Below are positions 1-12,064 of a DNA stretch of 51,189 nucleotides, one piece after another. The notes below the pieces were generated by a model. It was not told the DNA's origin. It ran no database searches and saw only the letters and a program-made list of their open reading frames with translations. Location: the NCBI GenBank assembly GCA_013265495.1, contig MU058718.1:4667438-4718626 (forward strand), in the 5' to 3' direction. Position 1 is the first letter of the stretch, and each line of letters begins with the position of its first letter. The translations under genes and the position numbers were made by a program. This stretch comes from Vicugna vicugna (taxonomy: Eukaryota).

Positions 1-147
1 TTTTTTTTTTTAGATTCCACATATAAGCAATATCATATGGTATTTTTCTTTCTCTTTCTGCTTTTCTTCACTTAGAATGATGATTTTCAGGTCCATCCAT
101 GTTGCTGCAAATGATATTGTTTTATTCTTTTTTATGACTGAGTAGTA
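1..147 (-). mobile_element. L1 fragment (end of ORF2)
   Basis: The minus-strand translation ends [34 protein letters not shown], matching the L1 ORF2 C-terminus also seen at 6035. Confidence 0.85.
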
Positions 148-1599
148 GAATGGAAGTTTTTTTTTAATAGTCAGTAACAAGTAGATAGTAGGTTTAATGT
201 CATCTAATTTAAAACTAAGTTGAAGTTCAACTTCAATAGTATCATGGTTTGATTTTGGTGTCACTTAGCACAGAGAGTGTCACTCACAGGTGTATATGGC
301 CAGAAAGAGCCAAGGGTAATTTGTTGCATTTTCTAATGAAATTATGCATGCTTGTACATATGAGAGCTCAGTGATGAGTGTGGAAACATGGTTATGTGAG
401 GATCCTTCTTAGAAACACAGGCCATCATTGTTCGTAATGCTCCCAAGTGGTTAAGAAAGCCAGTTACTCAAGGTGAGAGTGGTCATGCCCGTGCCAGGGC
501 ACAGTGCCTTGTTCAGTCTAAATAAAATGGTTACTGTGGTTGCAACAACTGTTGTCTCCTTCCAAGCCACAGGACGCTTGGGTGTGTTGTACTAGTTCTA
601 ATTTTTTCCTAAGATTCTTTAAAATAAATACGGAGTTACAAAGAATGTTTCCTGATGTAATTCATTACTCAGTGGTTGTCCACCCCATCGTATTGCCCTT
701 GAGGGAAGAGGTCCACGTGCTGTTTGGCTCAGGTTAACAATCTGTAGAAGAGTGTTGATTTAAGGAACTGTTCAGAAATTTTCATCTGCACCAAGGTCTT
801 TACTTGGATTTTTGTGCATAAGAAATTTCAGAGAATGGTGTATGTTTTAGGATATTTTGGAAAAAAAAATCTGGATCCTATCCCTGATGTATTTCTAATT
901 CTCAGTTACTCTAAATGCAGAGGCAGATACCACGTTGATATTTGATAAGGTAGAGGAAATGATTCCTGGAAGGGTCTGGGAGACCCTGTCACTGGCTATT
1001 ACTTTCTATGCAAACCATTATAACCTAGAATTAAGGATGTAGCAGGTTTCTTAGAGTGGTATGTGTCTTCTGAGTGCACAAAAAAGGCTTCAAAACTCTC
1101 CAATTTGCAGCTTATTATAGCTTATAGTATAAAAACATGGGCTTTGAAACTCTGCTATAAAGGATAGAAATGAGAAGACCTCCTTGAACTCTCTTAAGAT
1201 CTTTAAGAAGTCACTTAGTTGTGTCATTTCTATCAATAAATGACCTTCCAGTGAGCATGGTTAAAATACAGAATCAAAATCTAAAAGCTAGAAGGCACTG
1301 GCTTAATAGAGATCGTGTTTGGAAGTACTTTTGTCTGGAAAAGATTTGTTAATTTTTTTTTCCCACTGGTCAAATGTATATTGGATTCAGTCTCCAAAGA
1401 CTTCTTTGAGCTCTACACTTCTTATAATATTAAGATTTGGAGATCTAAGCTATTTCCACTGCCAGTTCTCCCAGTGGATGAGGGGACAGAAATGATTAAA
1501 GGTGGTTATCTCAAAGTTGCCAGTTAGGGATTTAAAAATGCTTTCTCAAATGAATTCAGCAATCTCGTACTGGGGATGTTTCTAGTATCTTCTGATTTT

Positions 1600-2210
1600 T
1601 GTCCTAGAGATGTTCATTGTTGAGGAGGGAGGCAGGCATTTACACAGTTGTGTAAGTGATACCAAATTGTGATAAGTGATCTATAGCTATTTAAAATAGG
1701 AAAATGTGGGGAAGAGAAGGGAGTGATTAATTCCTGGTGGGAGACAGCTTTAGAGAACAATTACTTTAACAGAACTTTAGAAAATAAGGAGTTTGCCTTA
1801 GGGAAAATGAGAGTAAGTCATTTCAGATAGAAAGAGCTGCGTAAGCAAACGCATGGTGGCTTGCTCAGGGATGGATACGTCACCCTGTGGGGTTGGAGGT
1901 GGGTGTTGCTAAGAGTGAAGAGAAGAGGAGTCTAGTATGTGTTGGAGTCACTTGGGAAGGCATTTCAATTCCACACTGGGGAGTCTGGATATTATTTTGT
2001 AGAAGGAACTTGAATAGTGGCATGATACCATTCAACTGGCTTTAAAAAGATAGCCTGGAACAGTTTGGAGGAGGGTGGGATTGGAAGCAGAAAAAGTAAT
2101 TAGGAGCTTATGCAGTCACCTGAGTGAGCAGATATGATGAGCTAGTGTGGGGACAGGAGGCGAGACAGACTGAATATGGGTCAATAGGACTTAGCTATTG
2201 ATGGACATGT
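1600..2210 (-). mobile_element. Degraded L2 LINE fragment
   Basis: Purine-rich sequence resembling antisense L2 (ggaacttgaatagtggcatgataccattcaactggctttaaaaagatagcctgg). Recognised by eye. Confidence 0.45.
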
Positions 2211-2325
2211 AAATAAGTAAGTGTAATTTGTTGTTGTTAGTCCTGTAATAAAGGCATGTACAGGGTACTGTAAAGGTCAGAGAAAGCTTCACAGATGAGA
2301 GGACATTTAAGAAAAATAGAGGCTT

Positions 2326-2467
2326 GGGGAGGGTATAGCTCAAAGTGCTAGAGCACATGCTTAGCATGCACGAGATCCTGGGTTCAATCCCCAGTACCTC
2401 CTCTAAAAAATAAATAACTAAACCTTATTACCTTCTTCCCCCCAGAAAAAAAAAAAACATTAAAAAA
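2326..2467 (+). mobile_element. Vic-1-like tRNA-derived SINE, long-tail form
   Basis: A box (tagctcaaagtgc), B box (ggttcaatccc) and A-rich tail. Flanked by imperfect TSD aaaaatagaggctt / aaaaataaaagctc. Confidence 0.9.
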
Positions 2468-2489
2468 AAAAATAAAAGCTCACCAAGCT

Positions 2490-2700
2490 TTCAGACCTTA
2501 CAAGTGAGGATGGCGCTTGCCAGCACCAGTGTCCTCATGGTAGAACGAGCTCCCCAGAATTGGGTCTGTGTTCCCAGGGTCTCTTCTGCCCTAGATCCCA
2601 GAGTGTGTGAGATTTTTGTGCTGCCTTTAAGAGTAGTGTCTCCATTTCCCACAGCCCTCTGGCTCTCCTGAAAGTAAGCCTCACCAGCCTTCAAAGACAA
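2490..2700 (-). mobile_element. L1 5'-region fragment
   Basis: The motifs gagctccccagaat, cctttaagagtagtgtctccatttcccacagccctctggctctcctgaaagtaagcc and ccttcaaag resemble the antisense 5' region of laurasiatherian L1s. Confidence 0.6.
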
Positions 2701-4373
2701 CTGATACAGTTATTATAAAACTTAAATTTTCACTGTGTTCCAAACACTGTGGCAGCTCGGGGACAAGTGGTTATTTACCAGAATTTCATTTTCCTTAAAA
2801 TTAGCAAACAAACAAAAACAAATGAACAAAAAGCAAAGAGAGTTTTCCAGAGTTCATTTTCTTTTTGCAAGACCATGTTGCATTCAATACAAGATCTGGA
2901 ATCTCCCTGAAAGGACAAAAGAAAAGAAAAACCTCCAAATAAAACCCAAACCAAAAGTGGTTTGTGTTAGGACCAAATGGTGAAAAATGGAAAACTCTAC
3001 CAATTGGTCCGTTTTCTTTGGCCCAGTTCCTATGTACTTTTCCTAGGGCTCTAGGGTCTGTTTCTTCACTGGAGAAAAATTTAAAGATGCATACAGGGAA
3101 AAGGATGCAGGCTTTGATGACGTCCTCCCCTGGGCTTTCATGGAGCTCCAGATGCACTGGGGAACCTGGAGCTGTGACTAAGCAGCAGGAATTTTTGGAA
3201 ATGTGGGGACCATGGATATTTTTGCACTTTTTGTGTTATGATTGGATGACAGCAGCAAAGAGCTGAGTTCAGCTCTGACAGCCCGCCAATATCCCTTGTC
3301 CGGCAGTAACTGTTTCTGACACTTACATGGTGAGGGACGAGGTGCATCAGAGGGGCATCAATCTCTAACCTGCCCTTAACTTCAGGGGCTGATGGCAATG
3401 GCTTGCATTCTTCCTTCTTGGAATTTGGTGTTGGAGTTTGTTTACAGCTAATGAAGCTTTCCTGTTATGAAGCCTCACATTTAGATTGGTGTTCCGAGAA
3501 ATCTCCAAAGGCTGTTCACATGCATTTTGAAGAGCCCTTTGAACATCAAATGGCTCTCCTGAAGAAGGCTTTTTATCAGCTGAATGTGAACAGAAACAAG
3601 ATTCAAGGGAAAAAAGTCCCCCTATGGGCTTTTTCTGAGGTGAACCACAGAGAGGGAGCTCTGGTTTGGAAAGCTGTGCTTACTTAAGCTTTTTACAGTA
3701 CAAAGACAGTAGGGTTCTCATCTTCTTCCCTGTATTTACTCGGACCCTTGAAAAAGGTAGTTTTTTTTCTTTTCTCTGACCCTGAAAATTGTCTTTCAGA
3801 TTTTTGGTGTATTTTAGTGGCTATGCCATCTCTGAAACAAGTGATTATTGACCAGAAGTTTGCTTTCTTTAGAGTTAGTGAACAAACAAAAGCGAAGAGG
3901 CAGAGTTCTCCTCCAGAGGTCATTTCTGGACTTTGCAAGCCAAATGCTGAATCAGCTGGGAGGAGTGTCTCCACTGGACAAGTTGAAACCAGAAGAACCC
4001 AAAAATAAAATCCCAAAGAGTAAAAATAAAAATTCTGTTGCCCTGGAGATGCTACCCATTTTCAGTTGGGAGAGGAATTAACAGCGGGAGCTTAGCTGGT
4101 GGGGGAAGCAGGCTGATTCTCGCTGCTGGGGTCTGCTGGGAGGAAGCTGTCAGACAGCAACATGATATATTATCCTTTGCAGACTAAACAATACATGTAA
4201 AAATAAATAGCCATCAATGTTAAGATCCTGTATTGCAGGCTGACACATGCAAGCATGTACCTCACAAACAGGTTAGTCTGCCATGCTCCCTGTCTTCTGA
4301 GATGCTGGGAACCAGCCTAACACGGAGGGGGAGGGGCGGGGCAGGGGAGAGGGAGGGGAGGAAATGAAGAGAT

Positions 4374-4390
4374 GTCGCCCTCTAGTCACC
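4374..4390 (-). promoter_or_regulatory. Candidate CTCF site next to a GC box
   Basis: The minus strand reads ggtgacTAGAGGGCGac, close to the CTCF core CCASYAGRKGGCRS. GGGGCGGGG lies at 4333-4341. Confidence 0.45.
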
Positions 4391-4424
4391 CTTGGTGTTC
4401 TTGCTGCAGCTGTGGTGGGTGAAG

Positions 4425-4685
4425 AAATTCATAGTCAAATGTCGGGCGTTTGGGGAAGATAAGGGTCTGGAATTTGCAGGTACATACCACTATATATAAA
4501 ATAGATAAACAAGGTCCTACTGCTTAGCACAGGGAACTATTTTCAATAGCTTGGAATAACCTATAATGACAAAGACTATGACAAAAAAAATACATGTATA
4601 TGTATATATATAACTGAATCACTATGCTGCGCACCTGAAACTAACGCAACATTGTAAATCAACTATACTTCAATAAAAAAAATAA
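4425..4685 (+). mobile_element. L1 3' UTR fragment
   Basis: ctatatataaaatagataaacaaggtcctactg...agcacagggaactat...cctgaaactaacgcaacattgtaaatcaactatacttcaataaaaaa, the same 3' end as at 10690-10870. Confidence 0.85.
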
Positions 4686-5291
4686 TATTTGACTGAAGGG
4701 ACGTGGTTTTGCAGTGGCATGAGAGTGCCTGAGACCGACTTGGAATTTTACCAGTTGTTCTCTTTTAAAATAAAATGATGCAGTTTATTTTTACCATTGC
4801 ACTGAGGAGAAGTCCTGTTAACTGAGGTTGAAGGGAAATTGTTAAAAAAGGAAAACCATTTTCAGACAGTCTTTCCTTTGGCCCCATAGCTGACCCCCAC
4901 TGATTTTTAGTTTAGTATCATTTTGTTATTAGACTCCAAAATCTGACCTCAAGGGACCCTTTAATGTGTGGATTTTTGAGCTATACCTTACTGTGAATGG
5001 CTGGGTTAATCTTCTGAGTGCTAAGAACCAGTTCTTTGTTCCTTGAGTTTCTAAACACCAGAAATATGCCTTCCTCTTAAAAGCAGGGTGAGTAAGTAAT
5101 ATGGAAATTCACTGCAAGTGATCAGTTATACCGAATGGATTTCTAAGGGACTTTTTTTTTCTGTGTCTGACTCATTCTTTGTTTTCTGATCTGCATCCTG
5201 AAGAATACGAGCACGGATTGGGTAGTAATAGATGCTCCATCGAAAAAGAATTCTGTGAACAAATAGGTTTGTGGCTATGGCTAAACAAAAT

Positions 5292-5320
5292 CGTGTGTGT
5301 GTGCGCGCGCGCGCATGCGC
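5292..5320. repeat. (GT)n(GC)n alternating purine-pyrimidine tract
   Basis: cgtgtgtgtgtgcgcgcgcgcgcatgcgc, read directly. Confidence 0.9.
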
Positions 5321-5707
5321 CCTTAAACTGCGGGACAGCTTAGAGCCTTGTCTTGTCGGTATGCATTGGACTTCCGATGCAATACTTTCCAAATCGATTT
5401 GACCATGGAACTTCCAAGGAACCCAGTTTGGATTCTGGATAGATGAATCTATTTTTTGTAGGGTTTTACAGAAGAATTACTATCACACAATTTCTATAAC
5501 CTTAGGTTGTTTATATTTGTAGTATTGCCAATGTTTTGAATAAAAACAAGGTTTCAGTAAAAATGTCCTAGGAGACTTTTTTCCAGGTAGCTCCAAGGCC
5601 AGGAAGGAAGCACACTGATTTTCTGACACTTTGTGTAAATGTTATTCTTCATGTTGACATTATATAGGATGATTAATACTTTGCCTTCATTTCTAGTCCA
5701 AATTCTT

Positions 5708-7308
5708 TTTTTTTTTTAACATTTTTTATTGATTTATAATCATTTTACAATGTTGTGTCAAATTCCAGTGTTCAGCACAATTTTTCAGTCATTCATGGAC
5801 ATATACACACTCATTGTCACATTTTTTTCTCTGTGAGTTATCATAACATTTTGTGTATATTTCCCTGTGCTATACAGTGTAATCTTGTTTATCTATTCTA
5901 CAATTTTGAAATCCCAGTCTATCCCTTCCCACCTTCCACCCCCCTGGTAACCACAAGTCTGTATTCTCTGTCTGTGAGTCTATTTCTGTCCTGTATTTAC
6001 GCTTTGTTTTTGTTTGTCTGTTTGTTTTTGTTTTTTAGATTCCACATATGAGTGATCTCATATGGTATTTTTCTTTCTCTTTCTGGCTTACTTCACTTAG
6101 AATGACATTCTCCAGGAGCATCCATGTTGCTGCAAATGGCATTATGTTGTCGGTTTTTATGGCTGAGTAGTATTCCATTGTATAAATATACCACATCTTC
6201 TTTATCCAGTCACCTGTTGATGGACATTTAGGCTGTTTCCATGTTTTGGCTATTGTAAATAGTGCTGCTATGAACATTGGGGTGCAGGTGTCATCCTGAA
6301 GTAGGGTTCCTTCTGGATACAAGCCCAGGAGTGGGATTCCTGGGTCATATGGTAAGTCTATTCCTAGTCTTTTGAGGAATCTCCACACTGTTTTCCATAG
6401 TGGCTGCACCAAACTGCATTCCCACCAGCAGTGTAGGAGGGTTCCCCTTTCTCCACAGCCTCTCCAGCATTTGTCATTTGTGGATTTTTGAATGACGGCC
6501 ATTCTGACTGGTGTGAGGTGATACCTCATTGTAGTTTTGATTTGCATTTCTCTGATAATTAGTGATATTGAGCATTTTTTCATGTGCTTTTTGATCATTT
6601 GTATGTCTTCCTTGGAGAATTGCTTGTTTAGGTCTTCTGCCCATTTTTGGATTGGGTTGTTTATTTTTTTCTTATTGAGTCGTATGAGCTGCTTATATAT
6701 TTTGGAGATCAAGCCTTTGTCGGTTTCACTTGCAAAAATTTTCTCCCATTCCGTAGGTTTTCTTCTTGTTTTATTTCTGGTTTCCTTTGCTCTGCAGAAG
6801 CTTGTAAGTTTCATTAGGTCCCATTTGTTTATTCTTGCTTTTATTTCTTCTAGGAGAAAATTTTTGAAATGTATGTCAGATAATGTTTTGCCTATGTTTT
6901 CCTCTAGGAGGTTTATTGTATCTTGTCTTATGTTTAAGTCTTTAATCCATTTTGAGTTGATTTTTGTATATGGTGTAAGGGTGTGTTCTAGCTTCATTGT
7001 TTTACATGCTGCTGTCCAGTTTTCCCAACACCATTTGCTGAAGAGACTGTCTTTATTCCATTGTATATTCTTGCCTCCTTTGTCGAAGATGAGTTGACCA
7101 AAAGTTTGTGGGTTCATTTCTGGGCTCTCTATTCTGTTCCATTGGTCTATATGTCTGTTTTGGTACCAATACCATGCTGTCTTGATGACTGTAGCTCTAT
7201 AGTATTGTCTGAAGTCTGGGAGAGTTATTCCTCCAGCCTCTTTCTTTCTCTTCAGTAATGCTTTAGCAATTCTAGGTCTTTGATGGTTCCATATAAATTT
7301 TATTATGA
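5708..7308 (-). mobile_element. Young 5'-truncated LINE-1 (about 1.6 kb)
   Basis: Poly-T tail, 3' UTR and uninterrupted ORF2 C-terminus. Perfect TSD tctagtccaaattctt at 5692-5707 and 7309-7324. Minus-strand TT/AAGA endonuclease site. Confidence 0.97.
6035..7306 (-). pseudogene. L1 ORF2p C-terminal part (no endonuclease or RT core)
   Basis: 360-aa ORF with [18 protein letters not shown] (the CCHC motif of ORF2p). The frame stays open upstream ([15 protein letters not shown]...[21 protein letters not shown]) to the truncation point. Confidence 0.93.
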
Positions 7309-7799
7309 TCTAGTCCAAATTCTTAAATTCCAACTGTTCTGTTTTCAGTGGCAAGGATAACAATTGAACTCTTAAAAATGCAAAAAAACCCTTTTTAAGT
7401 TAAAAATGACTTCCGTTTCATTGTAGAAAAGATAGAACAAGTGTAAACAACCAAATGGAAGAAATAAAAATCACCGGAAATCCTGACACCCAGAGAAAAC
7501 CTCTGTTGACATTCTGCATAAATCAGAGTTGCTAACAGTAGTTTGCAGTTGTTTTATTTGGCTGTGTAATATTTACGTGTTTTTGAATTAGAGTGCCAAC
7601 ATAAAATATTGTGATTTCTCAGAAACACATATATTTCTAGCTTCTTCTGAAATGTCGGCATCACATGATCTGTGTTGTGGCAGGTCAGGTCTCTGAGCTG
7701 AACAGGGTTGCTCTCTTTAGAAAGGAACCCCGTGTCCTAGTTAATCTGCCTGTAAACTGAGGTATTTCTGTTTGAAACCCCAGGTATAAGTCTTTCCAT

Positions 7800-8190
7800 T
7801 CTTTTCCTTCTTGGATAACATTTAATTTAAAAAAAGGGACTTATCCTTTCATATTCAGGTATAAGCTTTTTCTCTTAATATTTTATAAGCATTTTCCCAT
7901 GCCATGAAATATTCTGAATCATTGCTTTTGTCTGCTTCATATTCTGCTATATAGGTATACCATACTTTATCTAACCAGTCCCCTAGTCTGTTGGACTTCA
8001 ATGAAATTCCTTGTTTCACGTATTAAATATACAACACAGGGGGATAAACATCCTTGGGGCAAGTCTATGTGTAAATCCAGGATTGTTTCTTTAGGATAAA
8101 AAGTCCCTTACTTGGGATTGCTGAGCCAAGGAATGTAAATACTTTAAAGACTTTTGAGACTATTTGCTAAATATACTCAGCTGCATTTTC
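7800..8190 (-). mobile_element. Ancient L1 (L1M-type) 3' fragment
   Basis: taccatactttatctaaccagtccc...ataaacatccttgg...ggattgctgagccaaggaatgtaaatacttt resembles old antisense L1. Confidence 0.55.
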
Positions 8191-9156
8191 AATGCTTGAC
8201 AACAGAGTCATCTCTTCAGAGCTCTTAACAGGCTAAGAGCTTGTGTCTTCCTAGGAGTGTGACCGTGAGCAGTATTCCCCACGCTTTGACACAGGACTCG
8301 TTTCTACCTACCTCCCAATAGCTCACGACACAGTAATGCTCTGCAGAGGAGTGTCTGAGAAATTTCAAGCCAAATTGGTGGTTCTGAGAAAAGTACTGAA
8401 AGGTAGAGGGTGTTCCAACCAGCTGTATTTACATCGCAATTCTGTTCAGCTGTCAGCTAGGCGTAGTGCTTCTGTGTATTGTATTATGAATTCCTATCTG
8501 AAGAACAGTTTTCCTGAAAAGCTTGCAGACTGCTCCGGGCAGGGACTTCGTCTCACCCTCCTTGCTCTCGCTGGCACCGCTGCCCCCTCTCTCTCCCGTC
8601 TTCCTCACCAGTGCTGCCCTGGTCACCCCTGGTTGTTTCTTTGCTTATGGGTGAAGAAAAGAGTAACCACCCCCAATTTTTTTTTTATAACTTGAACTTA
8701 AACAAACTGACAAATAAATAAACTCACTGTAGAAATTTGGGAGAAGCAGCATGTTTTGCAGTGTGGAGCCATAGCAGGTTAGTGTCTACAGGGTATTGAG
8801 GGCGAAGTTGGAGAGGGAGGCAGGGGGAAGTCATCTGAGAAGGTCTTTAAAGGGAGCGACCTCACGCCTCGTGGAGAAGGGATTTGAGAGGCACAAGCCC
8901 GAAGAAGGGAGAAGAGTTAGAGGTCGTTGGAGTGGTTCAGGTGACAGAGAATGTGTGTGTGAGTGGTCAGGGTCTTGAACTAGAGCTTTGGTGGAGGAGG
9001 GATGTGTGGTAAAACCAGAGAGGAAGAAGAGAGCACTGAGGATGACTTTTCAAGTATCTCAACCATCAATAAGGTATGAATTTATGTCTATGTATAACTT
9101 CCCAGAACCTTTATATCCAACTACATTCATGGAAAGGGTGAAAAAAATTGAATTTT

Positions 9157-9418
9157 TAAAAAAATTGAAGTGTAATTGCTTTACAATGTTAGTTTCAGGT
9201 GTACAGCAAAGCAATTCAGCTATACATATATATTTTTTTCTTTTCAGATTCTTTTCCATTATATGTTATTACAAGAAATTGAGTATAGTTCCCTGTGCTA
9301 TACAGTAGGTCCTTGTTGTTTATCTATTTTATATATAATAATGTGTGTCTGTTAATTCCCCAACTTCTAATTTATCCCTCCCCACCCTTTCCCCTTCGGT
9401 AACCAGTTTGTTTTCTAT
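9157..9418 (-). mobile_element. L1 3' UTR fragment
   Basis: aattgaagtgtaattgctttacaatgttagtttcaggtgtacagc...tagttccctgtgctatacagtaggtcc is the reverse complement of the 3' end at 10690-10870. Confidence 0.85.
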
Positions 9419-9514
9419 AAGGGTCAAATGATTTTAAGTACACATGTTTAGGGTTAAGAGGCTCTTAAGTATATAGTGGTCTTAAAGTTTTTTCAAAGTT
9501 AAAACAACTTCATC

Positions 9515-9830
9515 GAAAAAAATTGAGGTATGCTTGACATACAACATTATACTAGTTTCAGGTATGACAAAATGATCCAGTACTTGTATATATTGTGAAA
9601 TGATCACAAGAAGTTAACATCCATCACCACACATAGTTATGGAATCTTGTTTTTCTTGTGATAAGACGTTTTGAGATCTACTCTTACCGACTTTCAAATA
9701 TGAAAGACAGTACTACTAACTATAGTCACCCTGCTGTACGTCACACCCTCAGGACTCATTTATTTGATAACTGGAAGTTTGTACCATTTGACTCCCTTCA
9801 CCCTTTTCACCACCTCTTTCCCTGCCTCTG
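9515..9830 (-). mobile_element. L1MA-type 3' UTR fragment
   Basis: aattgaggtatgcttgacatacaacattatactagtttcagg...ttaacatccatcacc...actggaagtttgtaccatttgac. Confidence 0.75.
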
Positions 9831-9887
9831 AAACTCAGCAATCTAAAGCAGCTTTATTTTTTAGTTAAAGATCTGGCTAATATGAAA

Positions 9888-10866
9888 TTATTAGAGAAAT
9901 GCAAATCAGAACTACAATGGGGTGTCACCTCACACCAGTCAGAATGGCCATCATTGAAAACTCTACAAATAGTAGAGGAGGATATAGCTCAGTGGTAAAG
10001 TGCATGCCTAGCATGTACAAAGTCCTAGGTTCAATCCCCAGTACCTCCATTAAAAAAAAAAATCCTAATTACTACCCTCCCCCAAATTAAAAAAATTTAA
10101 AAAGTCTACAAATAATAAATGCTAGAGAAGGTGTGGAGAAAAGGGAACCCTTCTTATAGTGTTGGTGGGAATGTAATTTGGTGCAGCTACTCTGGAGAAT
10201 AGTATGGAAGTTCCTTAAAAAACCAAAAATAGAGTTACTGTATGATCTAGCAATCCCACTCATGGGCAAACATCCAGAGGGAACTCAAATTTGTGAAGAC
10301 ATATGCACCCCAATGTTAATAGCAGCACAATTTAAAATAGCCAAGGCATGGAAGCAACCTAACTGTCCATCAACAGATGGATAGATAAAGAAGATGAGGT
10401 AGATATAGACAATGGAATATTACTCAGCCATAAAAAGCATGAAACAATGCCATTTGCAGCAATGTGGATGGACCTTGAGATGCTCATACTAAGTGAAGTA
10501 AATCAGACAGAGAAAAATAAATATCATACAATATCTCTTATATGTGGAATCAAAAAAAAATGATACAAAGGAACTTATTTGCAAAACAGAAACATACTCA
10601 CAGACACAGAAAACAAACTTATGGTTACCAAAGGGAAAAGTGTTGAAGGGGGAAGGGATAAATTTGGAGTTTGGGATTAACAGATACAAACTACTATATA
10701 TAAAATAGATAAACAATAAGGACCTACTGTATAGCACAGGGAACTATATTGAATATCTTATAATAACCTATAATGGAAAAGAATCAGTCACATATATAAA
10801 ACTGAGTCACTGTGCTATACACCTGAAACTAACACAACATTGTAAATCAACTCTACTTCAATAAAA
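9888..10866 (+). mobile_element. 5'-truncated L1 with nested SINE
   Basis: ORF2 remnants [19 protein letters not shown] and IVWKFLKK...CTPMLIAA, then a 3' UTR and A tail. Flanks share gctaatatgaaa (9876-9887 and 10873-10884), a probable TSD. Confidence 0.9.
9973..10099 (+). mobile_element. Vic-1-like SINE inserted in L1
   Basis: A and B boxes plus tail. TSD aaaactctacaaata / aaaagtctacaaata. Confidence 0.9.
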
Positions 10867-12064
10867 AATTTAGCTAATATGAAAAAAACATTAATAAAGT
10901 ATTTTGAAAATCATTTTTAATCTTAATATACAAACTATTTTAACAATGTGTGTGTTCTTTTATAACTACTGGGCTAATTTCTCATTAAACTCTTGAGTCC
11001 TTATTTATTTTTTATTTTTTAAAAATATGATCAGAAATTTCACTGCATTCTCACTATTTTCTCGTGCTGCACAAAACGTTCTTAAAACAGGAAAAAGGCT
11101 GAGAGACTGCCTGCCTCTTGTTTTGAATGTATATACACAGTGCTCACTCGGGCGTCTCTAGTTTTAACAGGCTTGCTGCTAACTTATTCACTAAAAACGG
11201 ATGTAGTAGCAACTTTTCTTTCTTCAGGCTTTAGTCTCTTTTAAAGTCATCAAAGACGACCGCCATTTCTTCCTGCAGTTTATTCATTAGTTCCCACGTT
11301 TAAAAGTTAGATTTTGCAACTTTGAACCTACAGACGTGAGTTGGTGTTGCTTGAGGGGAGTGGGAGGGAGAAGAGGAGAGTCGGGGGCAAGAGGGTGGAG
11401 GGTTCCCTGGGAAACAAACTTTGAAGTGGACATCTGCAAGCAGAAAGTTTATTGAGGAGGTTTCTTGGGCATAAGCCCTGTCAGGGGGCGAAGAAAGCAG
11501 ACTTGGGCAGAAGGGAAGTTGAAGTATGCAGTCGCCACTAGAGCCTAAGCCAGTTTCTAGAGCTGAGAGGGTCCTCCAGAAGTGTCCTTAGGAAGGGCAG
11601 GGTCTGGGCCTTGGTATCCCTGCATTGGCCAGTCATTAGATGGGAGCTGCCCCTGGGAAGAGGGAGTAACCTGGGATTCAGGCAGCTCCATTTCTCTGAG
11701 GGCAGTTCCTGAGGACTCACCTGTGCCTGTCACCTGGAAAAAAAATGAATTCTTTGATTCAGGAGGGATCAGAATGGTGCACCAGAGACCCATCAAATTC
11801 CATATCTCATGCCACTTGGATCCACTTGCTCCACATAATAATTTTATCCCTTCTGAGAACTGCTCTTCTAAAATTATCTGTGGTTCCTTTTTGCTGAGGA
11901 AACATACAAAGTGAGTGACATAAACTGCCACGTCTGTTGCTGCTCTGGTCTCAGGACTGCTGCTGGTACTCAGCATCTCCCTGCTCTTGGGTCCCCTCAC
12001 CCGTAGCACTTGTGCTGGTCTGGGTGGTTTACCAGGGTGGGGGGTGTGTGTGACTCATTTACAC

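Noticed and set aside
2326..2400. tRNA-like sequences here and at the other SINE heads
   Set aside because: They have A-rich tails and TSDs, so they are SINEs and not tRNA genes.
2964..3266. ORF segment FLCTFPRALGSVSSLEKNLKMHTGKR resembling a C2H2 zinc finger
   Set aside because: The second Cys and first His are missing and there are no neighbouring fingers, so it is probably chance.
6537..7097. 186-aa plus-strand ORF
   Set aside because: It is the antisense frame of L1 ORF2, a common artefact.
11557..12009. 150-aa ORF
   Set aside because: It lies across the ERV-L LTR and its adjacent sequence, and shows no recognisable domain.
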